A stretch of DNA of 64,000 nt from Gemmatimonadales bacterium (GTDB lineage Bacteria; Gemmatimonadota; Gemmatimonadetes; Gemmatimonadales; GWC2-71-9). Location of the stretch: contig JBOHSD010000002.1 of the NCBI GenBank assembly GCA_050733075.1, positions 174,649 to 238,648 of the forward strand. The letters are read 5' to 3'. The notes below the pieces were generated by a model, which saw only the letters and a program-made list of their open reading frames with translations, was not told the DNA's origin and made no database searches. A program made the position numbers and the translations under genes. How positions within the stretch are numbered: the stretch's first letter is position 1; each line of letters starts with the position of its first letter. Positions 20,141-28,139 of this stretch are shown piece after piece.

Positions 20141-21003
20141 CCGTGCCGCCCCAGCCATTCGCGCGCCTCCTTTGCCCCGCGTTCGGCCATCAGGCCGAGC
20201 CGTGCCATTGGCAGCGAGGGATCGCCCACCGTGAGCAGGACCGTGTCGGAGGTGGGCGCAACCAGGAACAGGTTTCCTGCGGGCGACTCAACGGCGATCG
20301 CCTGCCAGGCACCCAGGCCCAACAAGCGACTCGTCCTCGAGGCCTCTTTCGAGACACCGGCGAGCTCGGCGGCCACCCGGTCGCCCACATCTTCCCGGCC
20401 GGGGCTGCTCAGCGTGCCGGTAAGCCGGAGTCCGTTGGCGTCAACCAGCATCGATGCCTGGTTCCCGCTCTCCAGGGTCGGAAACTCCGCGGTGGCGACG
20501 GCGCCACTTTCCAGGGGAGTGGCAGCCGGTAGCGTCGGAGCAGCCCCGGCCGTAGCGCTCACCGGTTCGTTTCGAGCCGGCGACCGGTCATGGCGGGCCT
20601 CGCGGCCCTCGGCTCTGACGCGCTCCAGGGCCTGAACGATCGACTGGTCGTCGGGGTCGATCTCGGCCGCGCGCTCCAAGTGCTCCAGTGCCGCCGCCAC
20701 ATCACCCGCGCGGAAATACAGGAAGGCAATTCCCTTGAGGGCTCCGAGGTGCATCGGGTCGAGGCGGAGAGCCTCGACCAGGGCGTCGAAGGATCCGGCC
20801 AGGTCGCCTTGATCGCTCAGGATTCGGCCGACCAGATCGTGGGCATCGGCGAGTCCGGGATACCTGCTCAGGCCTCCACGCGCCACCTTGTAGGCCGCAT
20901 CCAGCTGCCCGCGCCGGCGCAAAGCTTCCCCCAGCTCCAGAAAGGCGAGGCTGGAGGGCTCATCGGCCAGTCGGGCCGTCAGTGCGCGTATGGGGTCAGT
21001 CAC
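20137..21003 (-). CDS. TPR - Roadblock/LC7 fusion protein
   Basis: N-terminal TPR units (AAYKVARGGLSRYPG, SFDALVEALRLDP, AALEHLERAAEIDP), then a linker. The C-terminal part, ASMLVDANGLRLTG...AIAVESPAGNLFLVAPTSDTVLLTVGDPSLPMARL, resembles Roadblock. Confidence 0.65.
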   Translation of the reverse strand: MTDPIRALTARLADEPSSLAFLELGEALRRRGQLDAAYKVARGGLSRYPGLADAHDLVGRILSDQGDLAGSFDALVEALRLDPMHLGALKGIAFLYFRAGDVAAALEHLERAAEIDPDDQSIVQALERVRAEGREARHDRSPARNEPVSATAGAAPTLPAATPLESGAVATAEFPTLESGNQASMLVDANGLRLTGTLSSPGREDVGDRVAAELAGVSKEASRTSRLLGLGAWQAIAVESPAGNLFLVAPTSDTVLLTVGDPSLPMARLGLMAERGAKEAREWLGRHG

Positions 21004-22042
21004 GGTAACTCTCGAGCTCCTCGGCCAGGGTTTCCGCCGCCTCTCTCAGGCGCTCGACTTCCGGCGCCAGCGCCTCCTCGCCGGGCGTTCGCGTGCCCAG
21101 CCGAGCCCAGCTGCTCCAGGTTTCCGCGGCGCTGCGGAAGCGGCCCAGCGACGCCTGGCACAGGCCGAACAAGCGCCGCGCCTCCGGCATTAGCGGATCC
21201 GAACGCAACACCTCCTGGAGTACATTGGCCGCCTTCTGGTACTCCCCCGCGGCCAATGCCCGGCGGACCGGGGCAAGCGAGGTAGCCTGATCCGACGCGT
21301 GGTCACGCGGGGCCGCGGCGGGTCCGCCGTCCAGGACGACCACGCCGGCGGCGGACAGCGCATATACCGTCCGGGCGACGTCGAACTCCGAGCGCCCGAG
21401 GGCTGCGGCAAGCGCATGGAGGTCGCGCTGGCCGTCCACCGCAGCGAGCACCTCCCACTCGAACGGCACCAGGTCGAGCCTTCCGCCCGCCGCGCTGTCG
21501 GACGGTGGCAGTCGCGGGACCAGGCGCAGGTGGGGAACTTTGGCTTCGATCCGAGACCACTCGTCCATGCGGCGGGCGGCCTCCATGAGGAGCACCTCGG
21601 TGGGAATCCGAACCGGGGCCTGCACCATCGCCTCGCACGGGGCCCCCTCCTCGAAACGGAAGTACCCCTCCGACCAGTTCATCAGCTCGAAGATCGCCTC
21701 CTCGATCTGGGCCTTGAGTTGCCGGTCGAGCTCGCGCCGCGCGATGGCCCCGGTGGAGACCAGGATGTCTCCTAGGCGCCGGGAGTCTCCGGATTCCTGG
21801 AGGGCGAGCGCCTGCTCGAGCTGCTGCGCGGTGATCTTTCCGGAGCGAACCAGTCGGCCGCCGAGAGGTTGCGGGTCCCTTCCCAGCGCCGCAGCCACCA
21901 CCCCACCCCGTTCGAAGGACACCGTTCCGCCGGTCTGACGCAGCTCGGAGGTGATCCGCAGCACCCCGCTCTTCCGGCCGAGGTCGAGCAGCTGGAAGAC
22001 GTCCTGAATGTGCAGCTCCTTGAGAGGCCCCTCGAGCGCCAC
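20996..22042 (-). CDS. PATAN/DUF4388-domain protein with C-terminal TPR-like region
   Basis: MALEGPLKELHIQDVFQLLDLGRKSGVLRI ... GDILVSTGAIARRELDRQLKAQIEEAIFELMNWSEGYFRFEEG parallels the N-terminus of the 15162-16778 protein. Confidence 0.8.
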   Translation of the reverse strand: MALEGPLKELHIQDVFQLLDLGRKSGVLRITSELRQTGGTVSFERGGVVAAALGRDPQPLGGRLVRSGKITAQQLEQALALQESGDSRRLGDILVSTGAIARRELDRQLKAQIEEAIFELMNWSEGYFRFEEGAPCEAMVQAPVRIPTEVLLMEAARRMDEWSRIEAKVPHLRLVPRLPPSDSAAGGRLDLVPFEWEVLAAVDGQRDLHALAAALGRSEFDVARTVYALSAAGVVVLDGGPAAAPRDHASDQATSLAPVRRALAAGEYQKAANVLQEVLRSDPLMPEARRLFGLCQASLGRFRSAAETWSSWARLGTRTPGEEALAPEVERLREAAETLAEELESYRD

Positions 22043-22045
22043 GGC

Positions 22046-24778
22046 TCAGCCCGCCGCCGCAAAGATGTGTTGCAGATCGCGGGCGGAACGGGCCCGGCTT
22101 CGGGCTTCGGTGGCGAACGGCCCGTCCGGGTCGAGCTGGATGACACGCTCCCAGACCTGCACCGCCCGATCGAACTGCCGTTGCCGCGCGAAGCACGTGC
22201 CCTGGTGGTAGAGCGCAGCCGCGTGCTCGGGATCGAAACGCAGCACCCGGGAAAAGGCCTCGAGCGCCTGGGTGGTTCGTCCGTCTTCGAGCAGGGCCTG
22301 GCCCAGCGCCGTCAGCGCCTCCAGCTCGTAGGGATCGGCTTCCAGGATCCGTACCAGCACCGGGATCGCCGCCCGGGGAGCCTCGGTGCGGCGGATCAGA
22401 TCGGCGAGTGCGAGCGCGGCCGGGCCATAGGTCGGCAGCAGATCGAGCGCACGCTCATACGCCGAACGCGCGGCCGCCCAGTTGTGCCGCTCCTCCTCCA
22501 TCTCTCCGAGCTCACACCATACGCGAACCAGCGACGGATCGAGCTGAAGGGCGGCGTTGAAGGCGGCCAACGCGGCGGCCCGGTCGCCCAGGCGGACCGA
22601 GGCCTGGGCCTGGAGATGGAAGAGGTCGGGCCGCCCCGGCGCGAGTGACTGCGCCTCTCGAATGCAGTCGAGCGCACCGATGGCATCTCCCACAGCCAAC
22701 CGGACCCGCGCCCGGGCTAGGAGCACCTCGATGTCGCCCCGTACCCGGGAAGCGAGATCGTCCGCCAGCGAGACAGCGTCCTTGGCCCAACCAAGAGCGA
22801 GCAGGGCCCGAATCTCGCCCAGGGTAGCGTCGGGGTCGGTGGGTACCAGGGCTCGCGCTTCGCGGTAGCGCTCGAGCGCCTCCCCGTATAGCCCGCGCCT
22901 GGCGAAGATGTCGCCCTTAAGAACCACCGTCGCTCCCCGGGGCGCGCCCCTTGCCGCCGCCCGGGACAGCTCGGAGCCCGCGAGATCCAGCAGGCCTTTG
23001 GCGATGAGCTCGCGCGCGGAGTCGAGCGATTCGTCGGTCTGGTCTATGGCAGCCGCCGTCTGAGGTGGGGCGAGCTCCTCGAAAAGGCGATCGAGCGCGG
23101 GCGAATCGAAGCTGAACTCGCCGGCGAGCTCCTCCCCGCTGACCTCGGCCGTCAGCTCCGGCGCGATCGCGATGGTCGGATCTTCGTACTGCAGGTCTAT
23201 CGTCAACGCGAATTTCTGCGGCACGTACAAGGGCTCCAGCTCCAGGGCTCGCCGGGTTTCCCGCAACGCGGCATCGAAGTCGCCCAACTGGCTGAGCACG
23301 AAGCTCAGGTTGTAGTGGGCCGCCGCGAAGTCCGGCTCGGCATCCACCGCGCGCCCGAAAGCGTTGCGCGCGTCCTCGTAGCGTTTCAGCTCCATGAGAA
23401 CCAGGCCCACCCCGTTCCAGCCGACCGCACTGGACGGCTGCTCGGCGAGGGCGCGTTGATACTCTTCCAAAGCGCTCTTGTGCTGGCGGCGCTGGAGTAG
23501 AAGGAGGGCCAGATTGAGCCGGGCCGTGAACAGCGGCCGGGAGCCTCCCAGCGCCTGGCGGAACGCGGCCACTGCTCCATCGCTGGATGGCTCGCTTGCC
23601 CGGATGACTCCCAGGTTGTTCCAGGCGAGCTGGTATGCAGAATCGGCGCCGACGGCTTTTTCGTAGGAGTCTAGCGCTTCGGCGCGCCTGCCCGCCTGGT
23701 GGAGGCATACGCCGCGCTCGTTCCAGAGCTTGGGCGAATCGGAGTCCTCAGCCACCAGAGCGTCGTATAGCTCGAGCGCAACCGTGAGATCCCGCCTCAG
23801 CAGGTGAACCTCGGCCATCGCCTGCAGGTTGAGGCGCCGGTCCTCGCCGGCGTCCAGCGCCTGCTGGTACTCGCGGAGCGACTCCTCGTGATAGCCCTTC
23901 TGACGGAGGGCCACGCCGAGGTTGTAGTGCGCCAGCGGGGCACCCGCGACCGGCTGCGGGGCAGCGGGGCAGCGGGGCAGCGGGGAGGTTGACTCATACC
24001 TGGGATGTGGCATGCCATTCCGTCCTGTTGCCCCGCTGCCCTGCTGCCCTGCTTGCGAGCGGTCCAGCGCCAGGTTGGCCTGAGCGCGCGCCAGCATCGG
24101 ATTGAGCCCTATGGCTCGCTTGGTCGCCGCCCGGGCTGCCTCATGCTGGCCCAGGTCGCCGTAGACGAAGGCCAGCAGATAGTGCGCTTCGGCGTAATCG
24201 GGGTTTCGGGCAATGGCTTCCTGCAGTGCGGCGAGCGCGGGCTCGTTGAGACCGCGGTTGTAGAGCACTTCACCGTACTGGAAGCGGGCGACCGGGTTGG
24301 CGGGATCCTGAGTGCAGGCCCGGCTCAGCCACTCGCTGGCTGCGTCGAGCCGCCCGCGAGCCTTGTGGGCGAGGCCCAGCTGAAGCATGGCCGGAACATC
24401 TTCAGGGTGGCTCGCGAGCAACGCCTCGAACTCGGCCACTGCCTCTTCGTGCCGGCCTATGGTAGCGTAGGCCCTGCCGAGCTCCCACCGGGCTTTGCGA
24501 TCGTTGGGACGGCGGCGGGCTTCCTGGACGAGATCGGCGATCCGCCGATCGTAGTGACCGCTGTCGCGGTACGCGATCTCCAGGTTGGTTTGCGCCACCT
24601 GCATCCTCGAGTCGAGCTCGAGCGCCCGGGCAAACTCGGCGATGGCCTCTTCTACCAGCCCTTTTTGATAGTAGAGAACGCCGAGGTTGTTGTGGGCTCC
24701 CGCGTCGGAAGGATCGATCCGGCGGGCAAACGAGCGGAGCACCGTGAGGTCGCGCTCCGACAGTGCAGGGGCCGGCAT
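22046..24778 (-). CDS. large TPR-repeat protein (910 aa) carrying an in-frame repeat element
   Basis: TPR units run through the whole ORF. There is a low-complexity linker (SQAGQQGSGATGRNGMPHPRYESTSPLPRCPAAPQPVAG) encoded by the 23954-24056 palindromic element. 3-nt gaps to cheC and to the PATAN gene. Confidence 0.75.
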   Translation of the reverse strand: MPAPALSERDLTVLRSFARRIDPSDAGAHNNLGVLYYQKGLVEEAIAEFARALELDSRMQVAQTNLEIAYRDSGHYDRRIADLVQEARRRPNDRKARWELGRAYATIGRHEEAVAEFEALLASHPEDVPAMLQLGLAHKARGRLDAASEWLSRACTQDPANPVARFQYGEVLYNRGLNEPALAALQEAIARNPDYAEAHYLLAFVYGDLGQHEAARAATKRAIGLNPMLARAQANLALDRSQAGQQGSGATGRNGMPHPRYESTSPLPRCPAAPQPVAGAPLAHYNLGVALRQKGYHEESLREYQQALDAGEDRRLNLQAMAEVHLLRRDLTVALELYDALVAEDSDSPKLWNERGVCLHQAGRRAEALDSYEKAVGADSAYQLAWNNLGVIRASEPSSDGAVAAFRQALGGSRPLFTARLNLALLLLQRRQHKSALEEYQRALAEQPSSAVGWNGVGLVLMELKRYEDARNAFGRAVDAEPDFAAAHYNLSFVLSQLGDFDAALRETRRALELEPLYVPQKFALTIDLQYEDPTIAIAPELTAEVSGEELAGEFSFDSPALDRLFEELAPPQTAAAIDQTDESLDSARELIAKGLLDLAGSELSRAAARGAPRGATVVLKGDIFARRGLYGEALERYREARALVPTDPDATLGEIRALLALGWAKDAVSLADDLASRVRGDIEVLLARARVRLAVGDAIGALDCIREAQSLAPGRPDLFHLQAQASVRLGDRAAALAAFNAALQLDPSLVRVWCELGEMEEERHNWAAARSAYERALDLLPTYGPAALALADLIRRTEAPRAAIPVLVRILEADPYELEALTALGQALLEDGRTTQALEAFSRVLRFDPEHAAALYHQGTCFARQRQFDRAVQVWERVIQLDPDGPFATEARSRARSARDLQHIFAAAG
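23954..24056. repeat. inverted tandem-octamer element inside the TPR ORF
   Basis: Left arm is CTGCGGGGCAGCGGGGCAGCGGGGCAGCGGGGA. A less GC-rich core of about 40 nt follows. Right arm is TGTTGCCCCGCTGCCCTGCTGCCCTGCTTGC, an imperfect reverse complement. Confidence 0.8.
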
Positions 24779-24781
24779 GGA

Positions 24782-25402
24782 TCAGCTTAGGCGGATAGCG
24801 TCGAAAATAGACCGCAGCGAGGCCACGTCGGGCAGCAGCAGGAAATGGCCTCCCAGCGATTCGGCGGCGCCTTCCACCCGGAACGAAGTTTCGACACAGA
24901 AGGCATGGTCCCGGTCATGACCGAAGTTCAGGTGAGCCGACATGAGGATGGCCCCACTCAGGTCGATCACCAGACTGGGCACCGAAGGTACCAGCATCAT
25001 CCCCATGAAGTCGCTGAGCGCGTTCAGATACGCGCTGGCCAGGATGTTGCCGGCCTCCTTCAGGCTGGACTGCTCCATCGGGTCGAAGGATTGGGTGGTA
25101 CCGGGCTCGCGCCGCAGCAGGAAGTCGCAGAGCGTTCGCGCGGCAGGCTCCGGGAACAGCAGCAGGGCCCGGCCGGTGAGATCGCCCATCATGTGCATGA
25201 GGATCGCGGCGGTGACGCTATCGGGGGGGCCGACCATGTCGCGGGCGTCTTCCAGCGGACGCACGTTGACCCGGGGCACAGTGATCATGATGGTGCGATT
25301 GGTCATCTGGGACAGGGCGGTGGCAGCGTGCCCGGCGCCGATGTTGGCGACCTCGCGCATGGCGTCGAGCTGCGACTCCTTCAGGTCACGCACGTCTTCC
25401 AT
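24782..25402 (-). CDS. cheC: CheY-P phosphatase CheC
   Basis: 206 aa. LDAMREVANIGAGHAATALSQM and SLKEAGNILASAYLNALS are the duplicated CheC motifs. Confidence 0.88.
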   Translation of the reverse strand: MEDVRDLKESQLDAMREVANIGAGHAATALSQMTNRTIMITVPRVNVRPLEDARDMVGPPDSVTAAILMHMMGDLTGRALLLFPEPAARTLCDFLLRREPGTTQSFDPMEQSSLKEAGNILASAYLNALSDFMGMMLVPSVPSLVIDLSGAILMSAHLNFGHDRDHAFCVETSFRVEGAAESLGGHFLLLPDVASLRSIFDAIRLS

Positions 25403-25411
25403 GCTTTCCTC

Positions 25412-27298
25412 CTACAGGAGCGCCGCGGCGTCCAGGATGAGCGCCGGCGCACCATCCGCGAGAATCGTCGCCCCCCCGACGAAGGGCGGCAGTCCCTCAG
25501 GGGCATCGAACGGCTCGACTACGATGTCCTGCTGGCCCAGCAGGGCGTCTACCACCAGAGCGGCGCGGCGTTCTCCGACTTCCAGGATGACTGTCGGCCG
25601 CTTGGCCGGCGTGCCGTTGGATCGGGCCGAGACCAGGTGACGGAGGTGGACCGTAGGAATCACCTGCTCCCGGACGACCAGGGCCTCGCGGTCCCGCAAC
25701 GAGGTGACCGCCCGCGCGTCGAACTCGACCGTCTCGGCGACGTAGGCCAGCGGCACCGCGTAACGCTCGCCCCCGGCCTCGGCCAGCAACGCCCGCACGA
25801 TCGCCAGGGTGAGGGGCACCCGGATCAAAAAGGTGCTCCCGCGGCCCATCTCGCTGCGCACTTCCAGGGTTCCGCCCAGCGCCCGGACCCGCGTCATGGC
25901 CACATCCACTCCCACGCCCCGCCCCGATACGCCGCTGACCGCCTTGGCGGTGCTGAACCCAGGCCGGGCCAGGACCCGGACCAGCAGGTCGTCGGTCAGG
26001 GCCTCCACGTCCTGGGGTGCCGCGCCCTCCCGGCGAGCCTGGTCGAGAATTCGCTCCCGGTCGATCCCCCGACCGTCGTCCGTCACCCGAAGCGCGACAG
26101 TGTTGCGTTCCCGGGTAGCGGAGAGGAGGATCCGGGCTTCTGCCGGCTTACCCGCTGCCATGCGCTGTTCCGGCGACTCGATCCCGTGATCGGCAGCGTT
26201 GCGGATCAGGTGCAGCAGCGGGTCGCCGATCTCGTCCAGAATCGAGCGGTCGAGCTCGATCTCCTCGCCTTCCATGTCGAACCGGATCCGCTTTCCCAGA
26301 TCACGCGCCAGGTCGCGCACCAGCCGGGGGAACCGCTCGAACACCTCACCCACCGGAGTCATCCGGGCGGCCAGGACCTCGCCTTGCATTGCCGACACCA
26401 GCCGGGAGATGCGCTCGCTCAGCTCGGTAAGGGTGGGATCCGCCGCCTCGCTCGAGAGCACGACGAGGCGGTTCTTGGCGACCACGAGCTCGCCGACCTG
26501 CTTCATCAGCGCGTCCAGCCGGCGGAGAGCCACCCGGATCTGCCGGCCCTGCGACGCGCCGTTGGCCTCCGCCACGGCTTCCCCAAACTGCACCGCTTCG
26601 ACGTCTCCGACGGCAGCGAGCGTCGCTGCTATCTCCGCGTCCGGACGCCGGGTGTGAAGCCGGAAGCTGAACCGGCCATCGAACTCGTCTCGTTCCAGTT
26701 GAGCCGCGGGTGGCCGTAGACCGCTCACGGCACCCAGGCCTTCGGCGCGCCGGAGCACCAGCGCAGCTCTAGCTCCTCGCATCACGGCACCGGGCCGGAT
26801 GACTACCTGAACCGGCCGCAAGCGAGCGGCGTCGGAGGCTCGCCGATTCCTGGCACCCTCGGGATCAGCCGCCGCGGCGGACGGCCCGGGCCGGCTCGGC
26901 ACCGCGGCGGCATCGGCTTCCTTACCGGAGGCAGCGGAGTCGAGCTCGGCGATCAGCTCGTGGTCGGGCTCCTCGTCGGTTCCTGCCGCAGCCGCCTCGA
27001 CCGATTCACCCAGCCGGTCCACCGCACGGAACAGGAGCTGGAAGACGGTGGGCGTGGCCGGCGCTCGGCCATGCCGGAGCCCGTCCAGCAGGTTCTCGGT
27101 GGCGTGCGCGAGCTGGGCGACGGCGCCATACCCCATGGTCGCCGCCATCCCCTTGATGGTATGGATAGCGCGGAAAAGGCGGCCCACCGGCTCGAGCGAC
27201 GCCGGCTCCCGCTCCCATTCCAGCAGCGACCCGTTACACGCACTGAGATGCTCACGACTCTCGGCAAGAAAGAGAGCGGCGTACTGGGACAGGTCCAT
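25412..27298 (-). CDS. cheA: chemotaxis histidine kinase CheA
   Basis: 628 aa. Hpt domain (LFRAIHTIKGMAATMG), dimerisation region, HATPase (HLIRNAADHGIE, DDGRGID, GRGVGVDV) and a C-terminal CheW-like domain. Confidence 0.95.
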   Translation of the reverse strand: MDLSQYAALFLAESREHLSACNGSLLEWEREPASLEPVGRLFRAIHTIKGMAATMGYGAVAQLAHATENLLDGLRHGRAPATPTVFQLLFRAVDRLGESVEAAAAGTDEEPDHELIAELDSAASGKEADAAAVPSRPGPSAAAADPEGARNRRASDAARLRPVQVVIRPGAVMRGARAALVLRRAEGLGAVSGLRPPAAQLERDEFDGRFSFRLHTRRPDAEIAATLAAVGDVEAVQFGEAVAEANGASQGRQIRVALRRLDALMKQVGELVVAKNRLVVLSSEAADPTLTELSERISRLVSAMQGEVLAARMTPVGEVFERFPRLVRDLARDLGKRIRFDMEGEEIELDRSILDEIGDPLLHLIRNAADHGIESPEQRMAAGKPAEARILLSATRERNTVALRVTDDGRGIDRERILDQARREGAAPQDVEALTDDLLVRVLARPGFSTAKAVSGVSGRGVGVDVAMTRVRALGGTLEVRSEMGRGSTFLIRVPLTLAIVRALLAEAGGERYAVPLAYVAETVEFDARAVTSLRDREALVVREQVIPTVHLRHLVSARSNGTPAKRPTVILEVGERRAALVVDALLGQQDIVVEPFDAPEGLPPFVGGATILADGAPALILDAAALL

Positions 27299-27301
27299 GA
27301 A

Positions 27302-27664
27302 TCAGGCCAGGACGCGCTGAACCGCCTCGAGCACCCGGGATGGTTGGAACGGCTTGACCACGAAGTCCTTGGCTCCTGCCTGGATCGCCTCGACCACCAG
27401 AGCCTGCTGTCCCATCGCGCTGCACATCAGAATCCTGGCTTCGGGATCGTCCTTGCAGATCTCGCGCACCGCCTCGATCCCGCCCATGTCCGGCATGACG
27501 ATGTCCATGGTGACGAGGTCAGGCTTGAGCACCCGGTACTTCTCGACCGCCTGCAAACCCGACTCCGCCTCACCCACGATCTCGAACCCGGCCTGGCTCA
27601 GGATGTCGCTGATCATCGTGCGCATGAAGATGGCGTCGTCGCACACCAGCACAGTTTGGTTCAC
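27302..27664 (-). CDS. cheY: single-domain response regulator CheY
   Basis: 120 aa. VLVCDDAIFMR, LVTMDIVMPDMGG and KDFVVKPF. 3-nt gap to cheA. Confidence 0.92.
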   Translation of the reverse strand: MNQTVLVCDDAIFMRTMISDILSQAGFEIVGEAESGLQAVEKYRVLKPDLVTMDIVMPDMGGIEAVREICKDDPEARILMCSAMGQQALVVEAIQAGAKDFVVKPFQPSRVLEAVQRVLA

Positions 27665-27701
27665 GGACTTCCTCCGGGCATGTTAGCGGGGCGGCGACCA
27701 T

Positions 27702-28139
27702 CTAGGCTCCGATGATCGGCGCGAACAGTGCGTCCACATCGAGCAGAATGAAATGCCGATCCGCTGCGAGGCCGACCGCCTTCACCAGCCGGGGGTCTAC
27801 CCCGGGAAGGTCCCGGCGCTCGACTACCGAGCCACCGGGTAGCTCCAGGAAGTCGAGGACCTGTCCGACTCCGAGACCGTAGCTCCGGCCCTTGACCTCG
27901 AGCACCACGATGGCGCCCTCATCGGCCTGGCGCCGCGGCTGCTGAAGCAGCAGGTGGCCATCGAGTACGGTCAGCAGGCTGCCGCGAACGTTGACCAGAC
28001 CTTCCACCGCCTCGGACACACCCGGAATCCGGGTGGCCGTCAGGCGAGGGAGGATCTCACGCACGATCCCTGCCGGGGCCGCGCAAACGACCTCACCGAT
28101 CCGAAAGATGACGGCGTGAAGCGCGGGAGGGTTAGCCAT
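27702..28139 (-). CDS. cheW: CheW coupling protein (copy 1)
   Basis: 145 aa. AVIFRIGEVVCAAPAGIVREIL ... VEGLVNVRGSLLTVLDG. Its start overlaps the rluD stop by 8 nt. Confidence 0.85.
   Translation of the reverse strand: MANPPALHAVIFRIGEVVCAAPAGIVREILPRLTATRIPGVSEAVEGLVNVRGSLLTVLDGHLLLQQPRRQADEGAIVVLEVKGRSYGLGVGQVLDFLELPGGSVVERRDLPGVDPRLVKAVGLAADRHFILLDVDALFAPIIGA

Noticed and set aside
23954-24056. Possible CRISPR array or minisatellite (also at 29170-29201, 53216-53313 and 62707-62789)
   Set aside because: The units are only 7-9 nt with no spacers, and the arms are inverted rather than direct. These are not CRISPR and are treated as palindromic repeat elements.
24845-26719. 624-aa plus-strand ORF opposite cheC/cheA
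   Set aside because: It is antisense to genes with unambiguous motifs, has no recognisable domain, and has a biased R/G/P/H composition.
11043-28139. Search for an MCP, a flagellar or type IV pilus gene, or RomR/FrzS-like receiver fusions inside the che/mgl cluster
   Set aside because: None could be recognised by eye in any listed ORF. Absence is reported as a finding, not as proof.
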